Assembly: GCA_020054105.1 (NCBI GenBank)
Contig: JAGVLW010000053.1
Span: 4,698 to 68,697 of the forward strand
DNA length: 64,000 nt
Source of the DNA: Alphaproteobacteria bacterium
GTDB lineage: Bacteria > Pseudomonadota > Alphaproteobacteria > Rickettsiales > SXRF01
Reading direction: 5' to 3'
Position numbers and translations under genes: made by a program. Of this stretch, positions 1-10,129 are shown one piece after another. A model generated the notes under the pieces. That model saw only the letters and a program-made list of their open reading frames with translations. It made no database searches and was not told the DNA's origin. Each line of letters starts with the position of its first letter. The first letter of the stretch is position 1.

Positions 1-509
1 TCGCCATCGATCTGCAAGGCGATAATCAGGGGCAGCAAACATAAGATGCCGCCCGCCGGCGCCGGCACGCCGACGAAAAACTGCTTTTCCCAGGGCTGCT
101 TCTTGTCGTCGTAAAGCATGGTGTTGAAACGGGCCAGCCGCAGCGCGGCGCATACGGCAAAAAACAGGACGACCGCCCAGCCCATTCCTTTGATATCGTG
201 CAATTGCCACATATACATAAGCAAAGCGGGGCAAACGCCGAAACACACAAAATCGGAGAGCGAGTCGAGCTGTGCGCCGAAATTGCTGGTGGCGCCGAGC
301 ATGCGCGCCACGCGACCGTCCATGCCGTCGATGATGGCGGCGGCGAGGATAAAAGCGACCGCCAGCTCCCATTTGTCGAGCATGGCAAAGCGCAGCGACG
401 ACAGGCCGCAGCACAGGCCGGCAATGGTAATCATATTAGGAAATAGCCGATTAAGCGGCTGTTCGCGCAGCAGGCGGCGTTTGATTTTATCTTCGCGGCG
501 GCGCAGCAT
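1..509 (-). CDS. pssA: CDP-diacylglycerol--serine O-phosphatidyltransferase (3' end runs off the window)
   Basis: Absent from the ORF track because it is open to the window edge. My translation from ATG 509-507 reads MLRRREDKIKRRLLREQPLNRLFPNMITIAGLCCGLSSLRFAMLDKWELAVAFILAAAIIDGMDGRVARMLGATSNFGAQLDSLSDFVCFG... It carries the CDP-alcohol phosphatidyltransferase motif DG-x2-AR-x8-G-x3-D-x3-D. The start overlaps the psd stop (TGATG). Confidence 0.85.
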   Translation of the reverse strand, partial: MLRRREDKIKRRLLREQPLNRLFPNMITIAGLCCGLSSLRFAMLDKWELAVAFILAAAIIDGMDGRVARMLGATSNFGAQLDSLSDFVCFGVCPALLMYMWQLHDIKGMGWAVVLFFAVCAALRLARFNTMLYDDKKQPWEKQFFVGVPAPAGGILCLLPLIIALQIDG

Positions 510-1225
510 CAGTGTTTCGTTCCCACGCGCTCGGATTCGCTGCTTTTAAGGTCGGCGAGCACGGTTTCACCGCCGATGGCGACCTGGCCGACGATGACCA
601 GCGGCGTTGCCTCGGGCGGCAGGTACACGTCGACGCGGCTGCCGAAGCGGATAATGCCGAAACGCTCGCCGGTTTTCACCGACTGGCCTTCATGCAAATC
701 GCATAGAATGCGCCGCGCCACCAGCCCGGCGATCTGAACCAGGCCGACGGTCACATCGTCGGGCGTGGTGATTTTGATGGCCTGGCGCTCGTTTTCTTCG
801 CTGGCTTTGTCGAGACTGGCGTTAAAAAATGCGCCGTGGTGGTAATGCAGCTTGCTGATGGAGCCTTCGATGGGGATGCGGTTGACATGCACGTTGAAGA
901 CGTTGAGAAAGATGCTGATGCGGGTGCGCGCGGCGCTGCCAAGATCCAACTCCAGCGGCGGGACGCATTTGCCGATGCTTTGCACGATGCCGTCGGCGGG
1001 GCTGACGATCAGCCCTTCGCGCAGCGGGGTGATGCGCAACGGATTGCGGAAGAAATAGGCGCACCAGGCGGTGGCGATCAGCCCGAGCCAGCCAAGCGTC
1101 GTCGACATCATCGCCAGCGCGCACGAGGCGATCGCGAAAATGGCGATGAACATCCAGCCGGCGGGATGGATGGGCGTTAGAACGCTTTTAAAGGTTTCGA
1201 GGAGATGGTTGTCTTGCGAGCTCAT
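509..1225 (-). CDS. psd: phosphatidylserine decarboxylase proenzyme
   Basis: 238 aa with N-terminal TM helices and a Psd core (LIVSPADGIV...FGSRVDVYLP). Translationally coupled to pssA, the classic psd-pssA pair. Confidence 0.9.
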   Translation of the reverse strand: MSSQDNHLLETFKSVLTPIHPAGWMFIAIFAIASCALAMMSTTLGWLGLIATAWCAYFFRNPLRITPLREGLIVSPADGIVQSIGKCVPPLELDLGSAARTRISIFLNVFNVHVNRIPIEGSISKLHYHHGAFFNASLDKASEENERQAIKITTPDDVTVGLVQIAGLVARRILCDLHEGQSVKTGERFGIIRFGSRVDVYLPPEATPLVIVGQVAIGGETVLADLKSSESERVGTKH

Positions 1226-1267
1226 AAATACCTGTCGAAAATACTGAAAATGGGAAATGTCGCCGCC

Positions 1268-1753
1268 TTATAGCGCAATATCCTCCGGCTGACTAGCAGG
1301 TTTTAGGGTAATATGCGTAAAGCCAATATAAGTCAGCAGCATTTGCGCGGCTTTCAGCATGTTTTTCAGCGCCGGCGGCTCGCCTAGCGGCTCAAATAGC
1401 GCGAATGATTCATTGATATAGGCCGCGGCAAGCGCTTCGCCGTCTTCATCGGTTTCAACAATGCGATGGCTGCCATCGAGCCCGAAATGGTCGCGTATGG
1501 CGGCGCCGACATCCTTGAAAGCGGCATTTTCCGGCTTGGCGTTCGGGGCTTTGAGCAGGAGCTTGGTACGCGACAACACGTCCCACGCCGAAGGCAGGAC
1601 GCCATCGACGCCGCCCATATTGTAAATGCGTTGCCCGATCTCGATGCTCTCGATGCTGACATCGGCGCCGGATTCCTTGATGGCAAGCAGTGTGGCATCC
1701 ATCAGGCGCGGATTATGGCCATCGCCGAAAGCGACAATGATGGGCGTGGTCAT
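1268..1753 (-). CDS. short isocitrate/isopropylmalate-dehydrogenase-like protein (161 aa, central catalytic part missing)
   Basis: The N-terminus [36 protein letters not shown] and C-terminus [29 protein letters not shown] resemble the two ends of IDH/IMDH-fold enzymes. ATGA overlap with the alaS stop. Confidence 0.45.
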   Translation of the reverse strand: MTTPIIVAFGDGHNPRLMDATLLAIKESGADVSIESIEIGQRIYNMGGVDGVLPSAWDVLSRTKLLLKAPNAKPENAAFKDVGAAIRDHFGLDGSHRIVETDEDGEALAAAYINESFALFEPLGEPPALKNMLKAAQMLLTYIGFTHITLKPASQPEDIAL

Positions 1754-4506
1754 GCCGCCAGCAGCGATTTGATTTTGGCGAGCGCCGATTCCAGCTTGTC
1801 GGCATCCGGCCCGCCGCCCTGCGCCATTTCCGGGCGTCCGCCGCCGCCTTTGCCGCCAAGCTCGGTGACCGCCGCCTGCACCAGGGTGACGGCGCTAAAT
1901 TTATCCGCGAGCGTTTTATTGACGCCCACCACCACCGACGCCTTGCCTTCGACATTGGTTGCGACGGCGGTGACATCGGCCTGTTTCAGATAATCTTCGG
2001 CGACGGCGCGCAGCTCCTTGGCGTCCAGCCCGTCGAAAATCTTTCCGATGAAGCCGATATTGCCGATGGTTTCCTTGGTCACATCGCCGCCGGCGCCCAG
2101 CGCCTGCTGCTTTTTCCGCTCGGCGAGCTCCTTGCCCAGTTTTTTATTTTCATCCTGTAGCTTTTGCGAAAATTCCTGCTGCCGTGCGGCTTCTTTTTCG
2201 TAAAGGGCGAATAATTCCTTGGCGCCGGCGCTTTTTAAATGATCGGCGGACAGGCTATAGCCATCGCCGGAAACATTTCTGCCAAGCTCACCAAACAGGC
2301 GCTTATTCTCTTTCTGCAATTTGAGGATGTGCTCGGACTGCTTGCCAAGCTCTTCGATAAGATAACCGCGCACACCCTCGCCGGTGACGGCCTCCAGGCG
2401 GCGGATGCCGGCGGCAACGGAACCTTCGCCGGTGATCTTGAACGCGCCGATATCGCCGGTGGCGCGCACGTGCGTACCGCCGCAAAGCTCGGTGGAGTAG
2501 GTGCTGCCGCCATCTTCGCCCATGGAAAGCACGCGCACCTTGTCGCCGTATTTTTCGCCGAACAGCGCCAGGGCACCGGCATTGATCGCCTCGTCGGGCG
2601 ACATGACCTTGCAGGCGACCGGCGTGTTGCGCCAGACGACTTCGTTGACCTTGCGCTCGACGGCGGCGATTTCCTCGCGCGAGACCGGCTTGGGATGACT
2701 GATGTCGAAACGCAGGCGGTCGGGCGCGACCAACGAGCCTTTCTGGGTGACGTGCGCGCCGAGCGTATCGCGCAGCGCCTTATGCAGCAGGTGGGTCGCC
2801 GAATGATTGGCGCGAATGGCATCGCGGCGCGTAGTATCTATTTCAGCAAAAACAACGTCACCAATACTAATCTTGGATGATAGTGGCCCGGTTTTATGCA
2901 CTATAAAATCGTCAAGGGGCTTCTGGGTATCTACAATATTGCATAATGTAGAGATTGTATTCGCCTTATCAAGCAATAAGTGCCCGGTATCTCCAATTTG
3001 ACCTCCAGATTCTCCATAAAACGGTGTCTGGTCTAAAACAATGTATACTTCATCATTTCTTTCAGCAGAAGAAACGGGCGATTCATTTTTTACTATGGCA
3101 AGTATTTTTGCGTTGCTACGATTATTCTCATAACCAACAAACTCTATTGGTCTAAGTTTCTCTTTTAGCTCAAACCAGATTTTTCCGGTGGCGGTATCGC
3201 CGGAACCTTTATGCGAGGCGCGCGCCATGTCGCGCTGGCCTTCCATGGCTTTTTCGAAGCCGTCCGTATCGACGTCGATGCCGCGCGATTTCAAAATGTC
3301 CTGCGTCAGGTCGAGCGGAAATCCATAAGTATCGTAGAGCTTGAAGGCAGCCTCGCCCGCGAGCTTCTGGCCTTTGCTGAGCCTCGCGGTTTCTTCGTCG
3401 AGCAGTTTCAGGCCGCGGCCCAGCGTTTCCTTGAAACGTTCTTCTTCCTGTTTCAAATTATCGACAATGGCGGCCTGCGCGCGTTTCAGTTCCGGATAAG
3501 CATCGCCCATTTCGGTAACCAGCGACGGCACCAGCCTGTACATCAGCGGATCCTTGCAGCCGAGCTGGTGGGCATGGCGCATGGCGCGGCGCATGATGCG
3601 GCGAAGCACATAGCCGCGGCCTTCGTTGGAGGGCATGACGCCATCGGCGATCAGGAAGGCGCTTGAGCGCAGATGGTCGGCGATAATGCGGTGGGAGCTT
3701 CGCGATTCGGGGCTGGTATTGCGCGATTCCTGCTGCGACGCTTTTATCAGGGACTTGAATAAATCGATGTCGTAATTGTCGGACACGCCCTGCAGCACGG
3801 CGCTGAGACGCTCGAGCCCCATGCCGGTATCGATCGAGGGCTTGGGCAGGTTGATGCGCTTACCGTCCGCCGTCTGTTCATATTGCATGAAGACGAGATT
3901 CCAGATTTCGGTGAAGCGGTCGCCGTCGGCATCCGCCGAGCCGGGTGGGCCGCCCGCTATTTTATCGCCATGGTCATAGAAAATCTCGGAGCAGGGGCCG
4001 CAGGGGCCGACATCGCCCATCGACCAGAAATTATCGTTGGTCGCGATGCGGATGATTTTATGATCGGCAAACCCGCTAATTTTTTTCCAGTGGTTCCAGG
4101 CCACGTCGTCGTCGTGATAGACGGTGACGCAGAGCTTTTCCGGGTTCAGGCCGTAATCTCTGGTAAGCAGTTCCCACGCCAGGTCGATGGCCTCTTCCTT
4201 GAAATAATCGCCGAAGGAGAAATTGCCGAGCATTTCGAAAAACGTGTGGTGGCGCGCGGTGTAGCCAACATTATCGAGATCGTTGTGCTTGCCGCCGGCA
4301 CGCACGCATTTCTGGCTGGTGGCCGCGCGCGTAAATGGTAGCTTTTCTGCGCCGGTAAATACGTTCTTGAACTGATTCATGCCGGCATTGGTAAACATCA
4401 GCGTCGGGTCGTTATGCGGTACCAGCGATGATGACGGGCGCACTTCATGCCCATTGCGTTTAAAGAACGCAAGAAAAGCGGCGCGTATATCGTTAACGGA
4501 TTTCAT
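1750..4506 (-). CDS. alaS: alanine--tRNA ligase
   Basis: 918 aa with class II AlaRS motifs ([40 protein letters not shown]), an editing-domain HSATHLLH motif and a C-terminal DHHA1-like [14 protein letters not shown]. Confidence 0.97.
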   Translation of the reverse strand: MKSVNDIRAAFLAFFKRNGHEVRPSSSLVPHNDPTLMFTNAGMNQFKNVFTGAEKLPFTRAATSQKCVRAGGKHNDLDNVGYTARHHTFFEMLGNFSFGDYFKEEAIDLAWELLTRDYGLNPEKLCVTVYHDDDVAWNHWKKISGFADHKIIRIATNDNFWSMGDVGPCGPCSEIFYDHGDKIAGGPPGSADADGDRFTEIWNLVFMQYEQTADGKRINLPKPSIDTGMGLERLSAVLQGVSDNYDIDLFKSLIKASQQESRNTSPESRSSHRIIADHLRSSAFLIADGVMPSNEGRGYVLRRIMRRAMRHAHQLGCKDPLMYRLVPSLVTEMGDAYPELKRAQAAIVDNLKQEEERFKETLGRGLKLLDEETARLSKGQKLAGEAAFKLYDTYGFPLDLTQDILKSRGIDVDTDGFEKAMEGQRDMARASHKGSGDTATGKIWFELKEKLRPIEFVGYENNRSNAKILAIVKNESPVSSAERNDEVYIVLDQTPFYGESGGQIGDTGHLLLDKANTISTLCNIVDTQKPLDDFIVHKTGPLSSKISIGDVVFAEIDTTRRDAIRANHSATHLLHKALRDTLGAHVTQKGSLVAPDRLRFDISHPKPVSREEIAAVERKVNEVVWRNTPVACKVMSPDEAINAGALALFGEKYGDKVRVLSMGEDGGSTYSTELCGGTHVRATGDIGAFKITGEGSVAAGIRRLEAVTGEGVRGYLIEELGKQSEHILKLQKENKRLFGELGRNVSGDGYSLSADHLKSAGAKELFALYEKEAARQQEFSQKLQDENKKLGKELAERKKQQALGAGGDVTKETIGNIGFIGKIFDGLDAKELRAVAEDYLKQADVTAVATNVEGKASVVVGVNKTLADKFSAVTLVQAAVTELGGKGGGGRPEMAQGGGPDADKLESALAKIKSLLAA

Positions 4507-4678
4507 GATTATTATTATATATCAAATATATAGTGTCTATTTAGGAATTCCAGGCGAACACTATTACCCATTCCTAACACAAAATCAACCCGGCCATAAA
4601 TCATAATAACTTATTTATACCCAACCGGCTATGGTCGGCATACTGAATTGCTGATTAACCACTGGAAGGAAGTGTATC

Positions 4679-5044
4679 ATGAAATATACCGCAATCATCG
4701 CCGTTGTCGCAGTTGCCTTTGCCGCCCCGGCCTTTGCCAAAAGCATCGAAGAAGAAAAGCAGGAAGTCCGCGATAGCCAACGCGCCGTTGCTAAAGACAA
4801 TGCCGCCATTGCCAAGCAGGAGGAAAATATCGAAGTAAACCGCGCTGAAAAAGAAGCCGCCAAGAAAGAGGGCGACGTGGTCGACCAGGCTTCGCAGAGC
4901 GTTCAGATCGGCGCTAATAAAACCGCTATCGGCGCTAAGAAGGTGGAACGCAGCATCGACAAAAAGATACTGGAAAGCGAAAAGAAGGATGTGCGCGAAG
5001 CTTCTCCTTCCGCCGGTCACGCCAAGACCAAATCGCATGAGTAA
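4679..5044 (+). CDS. secreted Lys/Glu-rich hypothetical protein
   Basis: Signal peptide MKYTAIIAVVAVAFAAPAFA. GGAAGGA RBS about 8 nt upstream. Followed by a rho-independent terminator. Confidence 0.55.
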   Translation: MKYTAIIAVVAVAFAAPAFAKSIEEEKQEVRDSQRAVAKDNAAIAKQEENIEVNRAEKEAAKKEGDVVDQASQSVQIGANKTAIGAKKVERSIDKKILESEKKDVREASPSAGHAKTKSHE

Positions 5045-5064
5045 TTAAAAGTTATCCCTGTGCA

Positions 5065-5094
5065 CGGGCCCGGCGAAATCGGGCCCGTTTTTTT
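5065..5094 (+). terminator. rho-independent terminator
   Basis: CGGGCCCG-GCGAAAT-CGGGCCCG stem-loop followed by TTTTTTT, 20 nt after the stop of 4679-5044. Confidence 0.6.
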
Positions 5095-5112
5095 ATGCCT
5101 TATCAAGTATAT

Positions 5113-5212
5113 TGTCATGGTCGGGCCTGACCCGACCATCCATCGAAGCGCCATGGGCGCGAATAAGGTTTTATTTATAGATGGATCCTCGGGTCAAGCC
5201 CTAGGATGACAA
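5113..5212. repeat. two-hairpin REP/MITE-like element, copy 1
   Basis: TGTCATGGTCGGGCCTGACCCGACCAT hairpin plus a 34-nt module AGATGGATCCTCGGGTCAAGCCCTAGGATGACAA. The ends TTGTCAT / ATGACAA are inverted. Confidence 0.6.
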
Positions 5213-5221
5213 AGATAATCA

Positions 5222-5518
5222 CTATAATTTCGCGAAAGCGGGCGCGACGCGGCATTCGCTGATGCTGATTTCGTCCCAGACCTTGCCGGTGATGTAGGGC
5301 TCTTCGGCTAGCCATTCCTCCAGCGCTTCCCGGCTTTCATAATCAATCACCAGCATCGAGCCGACCATTTTGCCGTCTTCGACGAGCGCCGCGCCGTAAA
5401 GCGCATGACCGGCGGCCTTGTTGGCGGCAACCAACGCCAGATGCGCCTCGCGCGCCGCCAGGCGCCGGTTCGGGGCGTCTGCATCGTCAAAATCATAGGC
5501 TACGAGGAGGAACTGCAT
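5222..5518 (-). CDS. YciI-family protein
   Basis: 98 aa, MQFLLVAYDFDDADAPNRRLAAREAHLALV...EEPYITGKVW, typical YciI-like size and pattern. Confidence 0.8.
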   Translation of the reverse strand: MQFLLVAYDFDDADAPNRRLAAREAHLALVAANKAAGHALYGAALVEDGKMVGSMLVIDYESREALEEWLAEEPYITGKVWDEISISECRVAPAFAKL

Positions 5519-5529
5519 ATATTATGTCC

Positions 5530-5604
5530 TGTCATGCTCGGCCCTGAGCCGAGCATCCATCCATTAATTAAGATGGATCCTCGGGTCAAGCCCGAGGATG
5601 ACAA
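5530..5604. repeat. two-hairpin REP/MITE-like element, copy 2
   Basis: TGTCATGCTCGGCCCTGAGCCGAGCAT hairpin, with arm changes relative to copy 1 that keep pairing. Its 34-nt module is 33/34 identical to 5179-5212. Confidence 0.6.
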
Positions 5605-5612
5605 TTTGAGGA

Positions 5613-6644
<1,032 letters not shown>

Positions 6645-6803
6645 GATTTCCCCCTGTGTTTTTGTACCCCGCATTCATTGCGGGGTCTCCATCTGTTGCA
6701 TGAGATCCCGCAATCCCCCTTCGCCAAGGCTTCGGCGGACAGGCAAGTGCGGGATGACAATTAATTGTTGTCAATTTACACCCTTTATCACCCTGCGCAA
6801 CGG

Positions 6804-7442
6804 CTATTTTGCAGGAGTGACGGGCGATTCGATAATGGCTTTGACGAGGAGATAAAGTACGAGGCCGTTGAGGATATGCCACAGGAAATGACTGCCCAGC
6901 GGTAGCGCGCTGCATAGCAGTATGTCGACCGAACGGAAAGTCAGCGACAGCGCAAAGCAGCCGGCGGCCAGGAAAAGCAGCCTCGCCTTTGCGGCCCAGG
7001 CCATCAGCAAAACGGCCAGCAGGCAGGGAAAATAGGCGACCGAGCCGTTGAAGTGCCAGGCTTCGGGCAGGGCGGACGTGCCGATGATGAGCGCCGTGAA
7101 CAGCGCCATGGCCAGTATGGCGGCGCTTTTATGCAGGCCCAGCAACCGGCGCAGGGCGATCCAGAGATAGGCATAGACGAATATACCGATGGGAACGACA
7201 TCCATCCACATGGTCAGCACGTTGGCGAAAGTGTGGAAGAGCAGGCTGCCCAGCCCGACAATGGCTACCAGCGCGATGAGCAGACAAGCCGAAGGATTTT
7301 TCGTTTGCGTGGTTTTATACTGTTTGTATAGCGCGCAGGCGGCGATGAAAAAGGCGATGTTGGTGGCGGCATTCACCGGCTCGGCCCATAATCCGGCGTC
7401 GAGGCGCTCGCAGTAATTGTCGAGATGATCGAGCAGGCCCAT
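6804..7442 (-). CDS. ceramidase-family (ACER-like) polytopic membrane protein
   Basis: 212 aa and multi-TM. YCERLDAGLWAEPVNAATNIAF, GLGSLLFHTF and FLWHILNG resemble the conserved His-containing motifs of the alkaline ceramidase family. Confidence 0.55.
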   Translation of the reverse strand: MGLLDHLDNYCERLDAGLWAEPVNAATNIAFFIAACALYKQYKTTQTKNPSACLLIALVAIVGLGSLLFHTFANVLTMWMDVVPIGIFVYAYLWIALRRLLGLHKSAAILAMALFTALIIGTSALPEAWHFNGSVAYFPCLLAVLLMAWAAKARLLFLAAGCFALSLTFRSVDILLCSALPLGSHFLWHILNGLVLYLLVKAIIESPVTPAK

Positions 7443-8998
7443 TACACGCCCGTGACCTCTTTGATTTTCGTGGCCAGCTGCTTGAGGGTGAAGGGCTTGG
7501 CGAGGAAGTTGAAGCTGCGCTCGGTGCCGTAGTTGTTGACAAAAACGTCCTCAGCATAGCCGGAGATGAAGATGACTTTGACGTTGGGAAATTGCGGGGT
7601 GATCTTGTCGATCATGGTCGGGCCGTTCATGCCTGGCATGATGACGTCGGTGATGATGACCTCGACCTCGCGGCCGTGGTGGTTCATAAGTTCGATGGCA
7701 GTCTCGCCGCAATCGGCCTCCAGGATGGTATAGCCTTTATTGCGTAGGGCGCGGGCGGCGAAAATACGCACCGGCGTTTCGTCCTCCACTAGCAGGATGG
7801 TGCATTTGCCGGTCAAGTCGCCAGTAAAGATTTTTTCGGCGGCTTCGGTTTCCGCCGAGGCGGTGGCCACTTCCTGCGGCAAGACGCCGGGCAGGAACAG
7901 GCTGAAATTCGTGCCCACATTTTCCTTGCTGGAGACATAGACATAGCCGCCGGTCTGCTTGATGATGCCATATACGGTGGATAGGCCGAGCCCGGTGCCG
8001 GAGCCGACTTCCTTGGTCGAAAAGAACGGCTCAAAAATTTTCTGGATGAGCGGTTTGGGAATGCCGTGGCCGGTGTCGATGACTTCTACCAGCACATATT
8101 CGCCGTCGGGAATGGTAGTGTCTTCCTCGGCCGGGGCGATCAACTCGCGGGAGAGGGGCATGTCGCGGCTGATGGTCACTTTCTTGGTCTGGATCGACAG
8201 CACGCCGCCGCCGGGCATGGCGTCGCGCGCGTTGACCGCGAGGTTAATCAGCACCTGTTCGAGTTGGCCCTGGTCGGCGCGAACATGGCCGAGATCGCGC
8301 CCATGCATCATTTTGAGCTCGATATTCTCGCCGATCAGCCGGCGGATCAGGTTCGACAGCTCGGCCAGCACGTCGGTCAGGTCGAGCACCTTCGGCTGCA
8401 AGGTCTGCCGGCGCGAGAAGGCCAGCAATTGCCGCACCAGGTTGGCTGCGCGGTTGGCGTTCTGCTTGATCTGCATGATGTCGGCGAAGTACTGGTCGCC
8501 CGCCGGATGGCGCATCAAAAGCAGGTCGCAAAAACCGATCATCGCGGTCAGCAGGTTGTTGAAATCGTGCGCGACGCCGCCGGCGAGCTGGCCGACCGCC
8601 TGCATTTTCTGCGAATGCGAAAAACGCATTTCCAGGTTTTTCTGCTCGGTGATGTCGATCAGGTGGAGAATGATTTCCTGCCCGGAACCGCCAGGCCCCG
8701 GTGCGCTGAAATAGGCTGATACGGTGACGGCGGTCTGGTTCGGCAGGGCAAGCTCGAATGTGTGAGTATCGGAAGAAACCTGGCCGTCCAACGCTTTTTT
8801 AACGATGAGCTCGACCTCGCTTTTTCTCGCCTCGGGAATCAAATCGATAAGCGGCAGCGGCAGCTTACCTTCTAAAGAATGCCGGGCTAGCTCGTGAAAG
8901 GCGAGATTGCCTTTATAGATTGCGCCACCGCCATTGATCGCGATGATGGCAATCGGCGAATGTTCAATAAAGCGTTCGAGCGAGGAGTCCATGCTCAT
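7442..8998 (-). CDS. hybrid sensor histidine kinase/response regulator (PAS-HisKA-HATPase-REC)
   Basis: H-box GGVAHDFNNLLTAMIG, N/G boxes (NLAVNARDAM, DTGHGI, GTGLGLS), and a C-terminal receiver ILLVEDE...VIITDVIMPGMNG. Confidence 0.9.
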   Translation of the reverse strand: MSMDSSLERFIEHSPIAIIAINGGGAIYKGNLAFHELARHSLEGKLPLPLIDLIPEARKSEVELIVKKALDGQVSSDTHTFELALPNQTAVTVSAYFSAPGPGGSGQEIILHLIDITEQKNLEMRFSHSQKMQAVGQLAGGVAHDFNNLLTAMIGFCDLLLMRHPAGDQYFADIMQIKQNANRAANLVRQLLAFSRRQTLQPKVLDLTDVLAELSNLIRRLIGENIELKMMHGRDLGHVRADQGQLEQVLINLAVNARDAMPGGGVLSIQTKKVTISRDMPLSRELIAPAEEDTTIPDGEYVLVEVIDTGHGIPKPLIQKIFEPFFSTKEVGSGTGLGLSTVYGIIKQTGGYVYVSSKENVGTNFSLFLPGVLPQEVATASAETEAAEKIFTGDLTGKCTILLVEDETPVRIFAARALRNKGYTILEADCGETAIELMNHHGREVEVIITDVIMPGMNGPTMIDKITPQFPNVKVIFISGYAEDVFVNNYGTERSFNFLAKPFTLKQLATKIKEVTGV

Positions 8999-9003
8999 GG
9001 CTA

Positions 9004-10023
9004 TCAGAAGCCGCTATTATTCTTTTGGTAATCGGGAGTGTGTTCGGCCAGATGGTGCACCAGGCCGGTGCATCCGACCATTTTATTGTGGTCGTCGAAA
9101 ATTATTTTCTGGTTGACGTAGCATTTGACCAGGCCACCGGTTTTTTTCTTGAGCGAAAGCTCTCCCTCATAATTCTCGGGCTGCGTAAACCCTGTCTGGG
9201 CGGCGCTGGCATAGAGCAGGTCGGACAGGGAAAGTTCGCCCGAAGCAATTTCATCGTGATTATATTCCAGCCATTTTGTCAGTAACGGGTTGAGGTAAAT
9301 GACCTGGCCGGCGGGGTTGGTCATATATATGCCCATATTCATCACGTCCATGACGCTCGAAAACAGATGCATGGTGGATTTGTTGAATAAGGTCGAGGCG
9401 GAGTCATGTGACGCATTGTCCGAATTGCGCGACTGGATGAATTCGCGTCCGCGCATCAAGACGAAGCCGCTTGGGCGCAGGATCGGCTCCATAGTCATGA
9501 CGATTCTCTGCAGCTGGCCGTCGCCGCCGCGGATATTGAAAATGGCCTTGTCGAACGTGCCGCGCTCGATGGCCGCAAATATCTTATCCTTATCTTCCCG
9601 CGATACCTTGCCGTAATCCATCAGCACGTCAAGCGAACGCTTGGATTGCTTGGCGAATTCCGGGAACATTTCCTGGAACGAGGAATCTTCGTAGATGATG
9701 CTGCCGTCGCGCTTGATGATGAAGCAGAATTTATGGTTGACGCCGAGCGCCGAGGAAAAGAGCGCGTTTTGAAATTCGGTTGCCAGCAGCTGGTCGCGGT
9801 TGCGTTGAGTAAGTGCCGCCATGTACCATGCTGCGGAGCCGCCGAGGATGAACAGGATGGAAATCAGGGCGAGCCTGTCGGTGATGGCGAACGACACGCT
9901 GGCGCCGATCAGCACCGTGCTAAGGAACATGACAAAAATCTGAGAGATAGTGGGATAGCGTTTGCGGATGGCGAAGTCTTTAAAACCGCTGCTAAAGTCA
10001 ATATCCGTGATGCGCGCGACCAT
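9004..10023 (-). CDS. membrane-anchored PAS-domain sensor protein without an output domain
   Basis: Two N-terminal TM helices followed by PAS-like segments. Its stop lies 5 nt before the kinase start, so it is probably co-transcribed. Confidence 0.6.
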   Translation of the reverse strand: MVARITDIDFSSGFKDFAIRKRYPTISQIFVMFLSTVLIGASVSFAITDRLALISILFILGGSAAWYMAALTQRNRDQLLATEFQNALFSSALGVNHKFCFIIKRDGSIIYEDSSFQEMFPEFAKQSKRSLDVLMDYGKVSREDKDKIFAAIERGTFDKAIFNIRGGDGQLQRIVMTMEPILRPSGFVLMRGREFIQSRNSDNASHDSASTLFNKSTMHLFSSVMDVMNMGIYMTNPAGQVIYLNPLLTKWLEYNHDEIASGELSLSDLLYASAAQTGFTQPENYEGELSLKKKTGGLVKCYVNQKIIFDDHNKMVGCTGLVHHLAEHTPDYQKNNSGF

Positions 10024-10129
10024 AAACCTGTTCTTTTACATACAAAGGCTAAGCGGTTATGAATGTAGAAACTTATTAGAAAATAACAAGAAATATTTTT
10101 TGTTCTTCTGGCGCGGAGAGAGATTTTAT

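Noticed and set aside
26-549. ORFs 26-424(-), 118-549(+) and 198-446(+)
   Set aside because: They are frame shadows of pssA. The true gene is open to the window edge and so is missing from the track, and it is the only frame with a CDP-alcohol phosphatidyltransferase motif.
4615-5038. Minus-strand ORFs 4615-4863 and 4655-5038 overlapping the 4679-5044 gene
   Set aside because: The plus-strand frame has an RBS, a clean signal peptide and a downstream terminator. The minus-strand frames have none of these.
6645-6803. LexA/SOS box upstream of recA
   Set aside because: No GTTC-N7-GTTC (alphaproteobacterial) or CTGT-N8-ACAG (E. coli-type) match was seen. The ACAATTAATTGT palindrome at 6757-6768 is noted but fits no LexA consensus I know.
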